A stretch of DNA of 64,000 nt from Candidatus Komeilibacteria bacterium. GTDB lineage: Bacteria > Patescibacteriota > Patescibacteriia > UBA1558. Below, in pieces: positions 19,616 to 27,617 of the stretch. Location of the stretch: NCBI GenBank assembly GCA_048538275.1, contig JBLYPW010000001.1:38244-102243 (forward strand), in the 5' to 3' direction. Positions within the stretch are counted from its first letter, which is position 1. Every line of letters begins with the position of its first letter. The notes below the pieces were generated by a model. The model was not told where the DNA came from. It saw only the letters and a list, made by a program, of their open reading frames with translations, and did not search any database. Both the position numbers and the translations under genes were made by a program.

Positions 19616-20980
19616 TTAGGGTGCGAGTTTTTTTGTTTTAAAAATTTTATCATAAAAAATAATCATTAATATTCCTAAAGGAGAAGTTATACCAAAGGTA
19701 CTTTCTTTCAAAAAAGGAAATAAAACTAATAGTAGGATTGTTGGTATTAGAATTGAATAAAAACTTGCGTTTGAAGTAGTTTTTTTAGAATAAATTCCTG
19801 CAATAATTGGCGGAACAAAAATTAAAGCAAGATAAGTAACAAGTAATGATAAGGTAATAATATTTGGTATTAAAAATGCAAATAAAAAACCAATTGTTCC
19901 AAATGTTGCTGTTATAAGTCTAGCATACAGCATTTTCTTTTTTGAATCGAGTTTACTTTTATCAAATAATCCTCTGTAAATAATCGCCGAACCACCAACT
20001 AATAAACTATCAATTGAGGACATAATAACAGCCAGAATTGAAGCAAAGCCAATCCCAACAAGAGAAGGAGGTAAAATTTTATCCATTAGTAAAAATATTG
20101 CAAATTCTTGTTTGATTCCTGAAAGTAAAACTGATGAAACCAGTCCTAAAAATAAAACAATAAATCCTAACAGAATTACAAATGGAATAGAAAGATAAAA
20201 AGAGTTTTTGGCAGTTTTTTCATTGTCAGCGGAGAAAATCCTTTGCCAATGAGTTGTATTTCCAAGATATATAAATCCACTTAAAACAATAACGCCTATC
20301 ATCCAACCAATACCCCCAAACCCAAAAGGATTTAGGTGTCCTTGAGGAACATTGGATAATAAATTTGAAATTCCTCCAACTTCTGAATAACCAATAAAAG
20401 CTAATATTAAAAAAACTATTAAGATAATCCAAAATTGGATAAAATCTGTAATTATATCAATTTTTAAACCGCCAATTGTAGTATATAGAATAACAACAAC
20501 AGCTGATAAAATTAAAGCGAGTTCATATTCTAATCCAACTAAAACAGAAGCCAAAGAAGCAATAGCTATTGCTTGAACTCCTATCCAAATAGTGAGTAAG
20601 AATATTTGTAGGATTCCTGTTAAAATTTTATTTCTTCTATCAAATCTCTTAGCGAAAAAATCTACAATTGTGTGAGCATCATATTCATCACCTATAGTTT
20701 TTATTTTTTTAGCCATAATACCCAGAATTATCATTCCTGCAACAAATGAGATAGGCAACGCTAAACCATAGGAAATTCCTGAATTATAAACTTCTGAGAC
20801 TATGGCAACAACTCCCCCAGCTCCAACAATTGTAGCAACAGTGGAAAAAGTCATAAGCCATAAACTTGTTTTTTTGTTATTCAAAAAATAAGCATTTAAC
20901 GATTCTTTTCTTGAGAAATACCATGCAACTCCAAACATTAATGCAAGATAAACAAATAAGATTATTAGTGTTGTATTCAT
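19616..20980 (-). CDS. sodium:solute symporter (SSF) family transporter
   Basis: Multi-TM protein with the SSF N-terminal signature (...NAYFLNNKKTSLWLMTFSTVATIVGAGGVVA...). Composition is extremely AT-rich compared with its neighbours. Confidence 0.65.
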   Translation of the reverse strand: MNTTLIILFVYLALMFGVAWYFSRKESLNAYFLNNKKTSLWLMTFSTVATIVGAGGVVAIVSEVYNSGISYGLALPISFVAGMIILGIMAKKIKTIGDEYDAHTIVDFFAKRFDRRNKILTGILQIFLLTIWIGVQAIAIASLASVLVGLEYELALILSAVVVILYTTIGGLKIDIITDFIQFWIILIVFLILAFIGYSEVGGISNLLSNVPQGHLNPFGFGGIGWMIGVIVLSGFIYLGNTTHWQRIFSADNEKTAKNSFYLSIPFVILLGFIVLFLGLVSSVLLSGIKQEFAIFLLMDKILPPSLVGIGFASILAVIMSSIDSLLVGGSAIIYRGLFDKSKLDSKKKMLYARLITATFGTIGFLFAFLIPNIITLSLLVTYLALIFVPPIIAGIYSKKTTSNASFYSILIPTILLLVLFPFLKESTFGITSPLGILMIIFYDKIFKTKKLAP

Positions 20981-21288
20981 ATTATAAATTTAAAGAATAA
21001 ATGTATTTATTAAATTTTCTAAAAACTCGCACCCTTTTTATTATATCCTTTGCGATAGCAAAGACAAATTGTGCGAAGCACTAAGGCGGCAATTCAAAAT
21101 ATTAATTTTCACGACGATTGAATATAACTGGTTATTATACGAACTAATGATCGGATAATGTACTAAATTGGTATATTATAGTAACTAATCCTTGGTTTTG
21201 GTAGCATTAAATTACACCCAGATTATAACCTGCTGGATGGAATCGCGCAATTTAGCTAGCCAGTCATCAATGTTCCTATAATGATGAG

Positions 21289-22131
21289 TTATTTAGTTTT
21301 CTTAATATAAAAATCACGGGAGAGTTTTTTTGTCAGCCGTTCGGCTTTGTCGGGATTTTTACTAATGGACAATCTGTTTTTTCCTTGGAGTTGAATAATG
21401 TTTTGTAGTTGTTTTTTATTGTCAGCTGTAAGCTGAGTGGTAGTTTGAAAAAAAGTATCTATTGTTTTGCTAATATTTTTATCCAGCCATACTTCAATCA
21501 GATAATCTTGGATTATGTTGCAATAGTAATTGTCTCCTTTTTTTAATACATTGGCGTTAATATTGTACTGTACATTTTTGTCAGCAAATGCATGGCGCAT
21601 GGCTTTGTCTAGAACATAATCTTTGGCAATGGTAATCAGTATCTGGCGGCCTTGTTGGCGAGCGGTTTGTAATAGTTTTTGTTCTGATTCTGATCGGGCA
21701 TAAGTAAACCACTCGTGTGGATTGTAGACAAAAACAGGCGCGCTATTTTTGGTAGCAAGCATTAAGCTGTGCAGAGCATGTGACCAAAAAATATCTAGCA
21801 AACGTAAATTTTTAAAATAATAGGTAATCTTATCGCCCGGTTTTAGATTGAGAAAATTGCCTGGATCATTTTCTGGGGTAGAGTAGTGAAATTTAGCCAG
21901 GTTAAACCACTCAGCTTGCTCTTTTAACCAATGGAGGTTGAGAGAGAACGATTTTCCGTGTTGCACAATTTTTTCTTCTTCCTTAAGCTGGCGCAAAGTT
22001 TTATATAGTCCTTGTTTGGTGGTGTCAGGGCGATTTTTTTGTATTGCTTGAAGTAATTTTTGCCCGGTTAAAGCTTTATTTTGTAATGCCTTTATAACTA
22101 ATTCTTGAATTGATGGATTATGAGTTGTCAT
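21289..22131 (-). CDS. hypothetical protein (280 aa)
   Basis: ORF only; no recognisable motif. Confidence 0.35.
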   Translation of the reverse strand: MTTHNPSIQELVIKALQNKALTGQKLLQAIQKNRPDTTKQGLYKTLRQLKEEEKIVQHGKSFSLNLHWLKEQAEWFNLAKFHYSTPENDPGNFLNLKPGDKITYYFKNLRLLDIFWSHALHSLMLATKNSAPVFVYNPHEWFTYARSESEQKLLQTARQQGRQILITIAKDYVLDKAMRHAFADKNVQYNINANVLKKGDNYYCNIIQDYLIEVWLDKNISKTIDTFFQTTTQLTADNKKQLQNIIQLQGKNRLSISKNPDKAERLTKKLSRDFYIKKTK

Positions 22132-22271
22132 ATTTTGAGGTTATCATAAAATAACTATTTTGTAAACTATTAGTTTACTTTTATATGTAAATTACACTAT
22201 TTATTGTTAATTTTGAGTTTTTGTATAATAATCAGACATTAGTTATTTAATAATCAAATAGGAGGTCCAAA

Positions 22272-22799
22272 ATGACTATTTTACAATGGCTAAAGAAAAA
22301 GTTCGTGGCACTGAGAAAGTGGCTTGTCACTCCTAATCCATTAGGACATTTAGCGGTATTATTTTTTGTTTTAATGCTATGGTTATTGCGCCTGGCAGCA
22401 GTGGGAGGTTATATTCCTGCATCTTATGCTGATTTTGTCTTGATTGATCCAGACATGACCAGATTGGATTATTATATTGGAACGCCTGCTTTGTTTTCCA
22501 TGTTATTTGCCTTGTGCTTCTTTTGCACCCTATTAATAATCTGGTTTATAAGTATTTTTGTGCTAGTGGGTGCTATTTATGGTTGTGGAGAGTATGTTGT
22601 ATTGACTAAAAAGCACATAATGGGTGTGGCGAGCATGTTTTTGCGAAGCACCCCAGAACAATTAGAATCGTTTAAGGAGCGTGGTTACCATCCCCAGTTG
22701 TTGACTTACAGAAATATGGTACGTTGGTTACTAGGCGGTATTTTCATCGGGTGGTGGCGGCATTTGGGTCAAAAGCTCAAGTTGCGTTCGTTGGTCTGA
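22272..22799 (+). CDS. hypothetical membrane protein
   Basis: Multiple hydrophobic helices; SD ggaggt 6 nt upstream of the ATG. Confidence 0.4.
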   Translation: MTILQWLKKKFVALRKWLVTPNPLGHLAVLFFVLMLWLLRLAAVGGYIPASYADFVLIDPDMTRLDYYIGTPALFSMLFALCFFCTLLIIWFISIFVLVGAIYGCGEYVVLTKKHIMGVASMFLRSTPEQLESFKERGYHPQLLTYRNMVRWLLGGIFIGWWRHLGQKLKLRSLV

Positions 22800-22833
22800 T
22801 CAACAAGCAACAAAAGTTAGAGGGAGGTATAGG

Positions 22834-23421
22834 ATGGACAATTTTGCCGGTTTTCTTCTGGTATTGATAGTAATTATAAATGTGTATGTAAGAATGAGTG
22901 CCTTGTATCGTGGCGTGAAGGATATTGATGAGACAGAAAGAAAAAAATGGGTAGCCATGGACGAGACACAAAGAAAGCAAAAAGCAAGAAGTGATTGGCG
23001 GGGTGCATGGCAAGCATATTTGGGTGGTATTATGGCTGCTGAATTAGTTGCATCCATCACGGTTATTGTATTATTAGTCAAACCGCACAGTGCCTTTGTT
23101 AGCATTCTTCTGCCTCGGCTCACTGTACCAACAGTTTTGTTTGTCGCTCTCGTTCCTTGGCTGGCAATGCGCTGGAATAGTACTGCCAAGCGAGCAAAGC
23201 AATATCAGGTTTATGGCGGTGATGGTATGATTGGCACCATTGATAGTATCATGTTGATGATCCTGCTTGGTTGTAGTTTTTTGCTCTTTCCAATTTTGCG
23301 CTATAATTGGTTGTTGGCTATTTATATAGCCACAAACTTCATCTCTATGATGAAAGCGTGGCAAAAGCATAAGCAGATACTAGTTCTGGATAAAGCCGAA
23401 GAGTCGCCGGCAGAAACTTAG
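22834..23421 (+). CDS. hypothetical membrane protein
   Basis: ORF with several TM helices. The antisense ORFs overlapping it are ignored. Confidence 0.4.
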   Translation: MDNFAGFLLVLIVIINVYVRMSALYRGVKDIDETERKKWVAMDETQRKQKARSDWRGAWQAYLGGIMAAELVASITVIVLLVKPHSAFVSILLPRLTVPTVLFVALVPWLAMRWNSTAKRAKQYQVYGGDGMIGTIDSIMLMILLGCSFLLFPILRYNWLLAIYIATNFISMMKAWQKHKQILVLDKAEESPAET

Positions 23422-23536
23422 ACTATTCCCTGCTGCAAATTATCCAGTTCGTCCACTGAAGCAATTGCATATAATGCGATTGATTCGGGGGCGGGCTGGT
23501 TTTTTTTTAGATAAAGTGGTATTTTATAAACATCAT

Positions 23537-24571
23537 ATGGAAGAAAAAGAAGAAAAAAATAGAGTGGTTTCCGGATTATCGCAAGGCAGCGATAAGGTTT
23601 TGGATTTGACTTTGCGGCCGCAAACACTAGATGAATTTATTGGTCAGGATAAGATTAAAGAAAGTTTGACTATTTTTATGGCAGCGGCGCAACAACGCAA
23701 AGAACCGATTGAGCATGTGCTCTTGTATGGCGCGCCGGGGCTGGGCAAGACCACTTTGGCGCATATTATTGCCCGATACATGGGGGTGAATATTAAAGTT
23801 ACTTCCGGGCCGGCGGTGGAAAAGGCCGGTGACTTAGCGGCTATTCTGACCAATTTGGAAGAGGGTGATATTTTGTTTATTGATGAAATTCATCGTTTGA
23901 ATAAATTGATTGAAGAAGTGCTTTATCCAGCTATGGAAGACTATGCCCTGGATATCATTATCGGCAAGGGACCATCGGCGCGAACCTTGCGGCTGGATTT
24001 ACCTAAGTTTACTATTTTGGGAGCTACCACTCGTTATAATTTATTGTCTTCACCCCTACGGGACCGTTTTGGCTCTACTTTTCATTTGCATTATTATGAG
24101 CCGGATAATATTGAAGCTATTATCAGGCGTTCGGCCGGTATCCTACAAGTAGAGATTGATGCGGCGGCCTCCCAACTTATTGCTTCGCGGGCTCGTTTGA
24201 CTCCACGGGTAGCTAATCGTTTATTGAAGCGAGTGCGTGATTATGCGCAAGTCAAAGCCGATGGTAAAATTACGGCTGACTTAGCGGAAAAAGCTTTGAC
24301 TATGTTAGAAATAGACAAGGCCGGTTTGGACGCCATTGACCGACGCATTATGCAGGCGATCATAGAAAAGTTCAACGGTGGTCCGGTAGGGGTAAACGCT
24401 ATCGCAGCAGCTACTAATGAAGAAGTGGGCACCGTAGAAGAAATATACGAGCCTTATCTGATGCAGCTGGGTCTACTGCAGCGCACGCCACGAGGCCGGG
24501 TGGTGACTGCTTTGGGATATAAACATTTGGATTTGGATCCGCCCGTAGATTTGCAGCAAAAGTTGATGTAA
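23537..24571 (+). CDS. ruvB: Holliday junction branch-migration ATPase RuvB
   Basis: [12 protein letters not shown], Walker [16 protein letters not shown], and a winged-helix C-terminus. The start is placed at the internal ATG (MEEKEE...) of the longer track ORF. Confidence 0.9.
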   Translation: MEEKEEKNRVVSGLSQGSDKVLDLTLRPQTLDEFIGQDKIKESLTIFMAAAQQRKEPIEHVLLYGAPGLGKTTLAHIIARYMGVNIKVTSGPAVEKAGDLAAILTNLEEGDILFIDEIHRLNKLIEEVLYPAMEDYALDIIIGKGPSARTLRLDLPKFTILGATTRYNLLSSPLRDRFGSTFHLHYYEPDNIEAIIRRSAGILQVEIDAAASQLIASRARLTPRVANRLLKRVRDYAQVKADGKITADLAEKALTMLEIDKAGLDAIDRRIMQAIIEKFNGGPVGVNAIAAATNEEVGTVEEIYEPYLMQLGLLQRTPRGRVVTALGYKHLDLDPPVDLQQKLM

Positions 24572-24620
24572 AATTATTAGCAACAAAAAACAGCTCTGTC
24601 TAGAGTCTGTTTTTTTATGA

Positions 24621-25586
24621 TTAACCGCGTGCTAGCAAGAAAATAATATAGCCAAGATAAATAAATACCAGGGCGAAGCCTTGCCAGCGTTCCAATTCTC
24701 TTTTTTTACCAATTGCCAAGAAAACAAACAGTACTACTGATAGACCAATTAAATAAACAATATCAAGCCATAATAAATTGGGTACACGTAATGGTTGTAT
24801 GATACTAGCAATACCGAGAATTAATAAAATATTAAAAATATTAGAGCCGACAATATTGCCAATCGCCATGTCCAAGTTGCGCTTGAAGGCAGCTACTAAA
24901 GAAGTTACTAATTCGGGTAAAGAAGTGCCTATCGCAATAATGGTGGCGGAAATAACAAATTCACTAAGACCAAAAACATGGGCGATAGCTACGGCGCCAT
25001 TGACCACCCACTGGCCACCATAGTAAAGACCAATCAGTCCTATTATTATCATGAGAGCTATTTTGGCATTATTGTGGGTGATATCCGTTTCATCATCTAG
25101 GTGCATACGCCGGTGGCGCACAAAAACTCCGACCGTATAAGCGACGAACAATACAAAGAAAATTAGTAAAATGATACCATCTACTCTATTTATGCTAGAG
25201 TTGAGGACATTATTGAAAAAACTATCGCTGCTGATTAGCAATAAAATCAAAGCCGCCACCATGCTATAAGGTATTTCACGCCAGATAGTAGAGTGCCGCA
25301 CTGACAGGGGATAAACTATGGCGGTAAATCCTAGCACTAAGGCAATATTGGAAATATTACTACCAATCACAGTGCCTAGGCCAATGTCGCTGGAACCACG
25401 CAGGACAGCTAAAATGTTTACGATTAATTCTGGTAAAGAAGTGCCAAAAGAAATAATGGTTAAGCCGATGATGATGTCGGGAATGTGTAATTTTTTTGCC
25501 AAGGAAGAAGCGCCGTCCACTAGCAAATCCGCTCCCTTGATCAGGAAAATAAAGCCGATAATAAATAATATATAAGTAAGAGTCAT
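24621..25586 (-). CDS. Ca2+/cation antiporter (CaCA, YrbG-like)
   Basis: Two alpha-repeat GTSLPEL motifs (GTSLPELIVNILA / GTSLPELVTSLVA) in an ~10-TM protein. Confidence 0.75.
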   Translation of the reverse strand: MTLTYILFIIGFIFLIKGADLLVDGASSLAKKLHIPDIIIGLTIISFGTSLPELIVNILAVLRGSSDIGLGTVIGSNISNIALVLGFTAIVYPLSVRHSTIWREIPYSMVAALILLLISSDSFFNNVLNSSINRVDGIILLIFFVLFVAYTVGVFVRHRRMHLDDETDITHNNAKIALMIIIGLIGLYYGGQWVVNGAVAIAHVFGLSEFVISATIIAIGTSLPELVTSLVAAFKRNLDMAIGNIVGSNIFNILLILGIASIIQPLRVPNLLWLDIVYLIGLSVVLFVFLAIGKKRELERWQGFALVFIYLGYIIFLLARG

Positions 25587-25981
25587 TATTCTGTTTTGAG
25601 CGTGCCAATAAAGAAATTTTTTAGATTTTCGCGAGCACGATCAGAATGTGGCGTGCCTGAGCCCATTGGTCTGGTTTCAAACAACTCGGTAGCATCTTTA
25701 CCGCAGCCTTGTAGAATGGCTTGGCCACCGGGATGGCGCGATATAAAGGAAGTAATCTCATAGACACTGCCCTGAATAGCCAGCCAACAATCCTTAGCCG
25801 TATTATGTTGTGCCACGTCGGTCAGGCTAAATTCTGGCGCTATGGTAGCAGGCGTGGTATTGTTGGTGTTTGATTTGATAGTATTGCTGTTGTTTGAAGT
25901 GGCTGTATTGCCACAGGCGCTAAGTAGTAGCATAATAGCTAGTAAAGCCACCAAGCCCTTTAAATTATTAAAATTTTTCAT
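25586..25981 (-). CDS. lipoprotein with cytochrome b5-like heme/steroid-binding domain
   Basis: Lipobox LLLSACGN. The segment HNTAKDCWLAIQGSVYEITSFISRHPGG fits the cyt-b5 family motif. Confidence 0.55.
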   Translation of the reverse strand: MKNFNNLKGLVALLAIMLLLSACGNTATSNNSNTIKSNTNNTTPATIAPEFSLTDVAQHNTAKDCWLAIQGSVYEITSFISRHPGGQAILQGCGKDATELFETRPMGSGTPHSDRARENLKNFFIGTLKTE

Positions 25982-26263
25982 AAAAATAATAAATAGTTCG
26001 TTAGGTTATATAATTGCCAAATATATATAATTATAACTAATAGTCTTGTTTTAGTATAGTTTTTATCCCATGATAAACAAATATACAGTTTCAATTTAGA
26101 TAAATAGGCTTATTGGCGAAAGACTTGCGTTATGATAAAATAGTATTGTCTCTAGTTTGTTTGTGTTCATTGATAGATTGTCGTAAAACTCCTAGCACTA
26201 GGAGATACTAATAGTTATATGGTTTTTTATTATCTTTTTTTGGCTAGTATCCAAAATAAAAAA

Positions 26264-26272
26264 TGATATAAT
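26264..26272 (+). promoter_or_regulatory. extended -10 promoter element (TGaTATAAT) upstream of the RT operon
   Basis: tgatataat at 26264-26272 in an A/T-rich UP-like context. The predicted TSS is just before the IR-flanked CATGCC-repeat leader. Confidence 0.4.
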
Positions 26273-26280
26273 TTTAATGC

Positions 26281-26361
26281 TTAATAACGCAATCCGTGCC
26301 ACGCCATGACATGCCATACTGCGTATGCCATGCCCTACCATGCCACACATTACGTTATTAA
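26281..26361 (+). ncRNA. candidate structured 5' leader/ncRNA of the RT operon: 13-bp inverted repeats flanking a CATGCC repeat core
   Basis: ttaataacgcaat (26281-26293) is the reverse complement of attacgttattaa (26349-26361) with one mismatch. Between them lies ccgtgccacgccatgacatgccatactgcgtatgccatgccctaccatgccac, carrying four (C)CATGCC repeats. It ends 54 nt before the RT start. Confidence 0.35.
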
Positions 26362-26414
26362 CCATTTCATTCACAATTGGCCGCTAGGCGCAATTGTCTT
26401 ACGACAATTTATCT

Positions 26415-27617
26415 ATGAAAGACCCGATTTATGAAGAGATAGTTTCCACCACAAATTTAGCTGAGGCTTATTTTGAGATAGGTGAGAAATTTATATTGGA
26501 AGGGAAGTCTGGTTATAGCGGTTTGGATGGTTTGCAGATACAAGAATTTGATACTAATTTAGAAAAGAATTTACAAGAAATTCGTGCAGATTTGATAACA
26601 TTGGCACCGCTCATGCCTTTAAATTGCAGCCAAATTCCTAAAAAAAATGGAAAACTGCGAGATATATATATTTTATCTTTGCATGATAGGATCAAATCTC
26701 AGGCAATAATCAGAGTGCTAGAACCATTATTAGAAAAGGTTTATTCACCTTTTCTTTTTTCGTATAGGTCTACGCACCCTACACATCTAGCGGCTCGTTC
26801 AGCAGTGCGCCGTTATCATCGGTATTTTGGGAAAGATTATATTTTATTGACGGATGTTGAGAAATATTTTGATAATATTGATAAAAAAATTATCATTAAT
26901 AAATTAGAGAAATTTGGCTTGCAGTCAGCTACCTTGAGTTTAATTCAATTGTTTCTGGATCAGAAGATTTTAAGGAATAATAAGTTGCTTTCGTTAGATA
27001 GAGGCTTAATGCAAGGCGTTCCTTTGGCGGTGTCATTAGCTAATTTCTATCTCAATGAAATTGATTGGTTAATTGGCAAAAAAGTGTCTTTTTATAGGCG
27101 AGTTAGTGATGATATTTTAATTATGGATAAAAGCGAGCATAAAGTTCTGGAAATTTATGATTTGTTACAGATTGAGTTAGATAAATTGGGTCTAAATATG
27201 CACCCGACAAAAACCAAATTAATGAAAAATAGCGAATTGTTTGAGTATTTAGGGTATTTATTTCATAATAATAAAGTGGCCATCGCTACTCGGAGCCAAG
27301 AAAAGTTAATTGCCAAGTTGGAAGCAGAACTACATTATTATCCCATTGCGCTAGACAAAAAAATTGAACGATTAAGGCAAAAAATATTTACCGGCGCAGA
27401 TTCTATTTCAGCTTACCTGCAAAATACTATTCGTCATTATAGGTTTGTAGATGATTATGATCAGATAAAGGAAGTTTCAGAGAAAATTTATCATATATTA
27501 ACTAGGTATTTTTTTAAAACTTATACGGCGCGTCATCGTCGGCGGACAAAAAATATTTGTCGTGATTTGGGCATGCCATCATTTTATAAGATGTTCGTAA
27601 AATATCATCATGAATAA
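26415..27617 (+). CDS. stand-alone reverse transcriptase (group-II/retron-like RT motifs, no maturase/endonuclease domains)
   Basis: RT motifs read off the translation: IPKKNGKLRDIYILS (motifs 1/2), SYRSTHPTHLA, LLTDVEKYFDNIDKKII (motif 3), RGLMQGVPLAVSLANFYLNEID (motif 4, QGxxxS..LaN type) and FYRRVSDDILIM (motif 5, catalytic xSDD). The track ORF begins at a TTG; the first ATG is at 26415. Confidence 0.75.
   Translation: MKDPIYEEIVSTTNLAEAYFEIGEKFILEGKSGYSGLDGLQIQEFDTNLEKNLQEIRADLITLAPLMPLNCSQIPKKNGKLRDIYILSLHDRIKSQAIIRVLEPLLEKVYSPFLFSYRSTHPTHLAARSAVRRYHRYFGKDYILLTDVEKYFDNIDKKIIINKLEKFGLQSATLSLIQLFLDQKILRNNKLLSLDRGLMQGVPLAVSLANFYLNEIDWLIGKKVSFYRRVSDDILIMDKSEHKVLEIYDLLQIELDKLGLNMHPTKTKLMKNSELFEYLGYLFHNNKVAIATRSQEKLIAKLEAELHYYPIALDKKIERLRQKIFTGADSISAYLQNTIRHYRFVDDYDQIKEVSEKIYHILTRYFFKTYTARHRRRTKNICRDLGMPSFYKMFVKYHHE

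Noticed and set aside
22777-23370. Minus-strand ORFs overlapping the 22834-23421 membrane-protein gene
   Set aside because: They are antisense overlaps with odd composition, while the plus-strand ORF has TM helices and a preceding SD.
26281-26361. Classical retron msr-msd
   Set aside because: The inverted repeats resemble retron a1/a2, but the enclosed segment is only ~55 nt, too short for msr+msd. It is kept only as a generic candidate ncRNA.
26415-27617. RT as part of a group II intron
   Set aside because: No maturase (X) or endonuclease domain. There is no domain V/VI-like RNA structure around it. It heads an operon with two unrelated protein genes.
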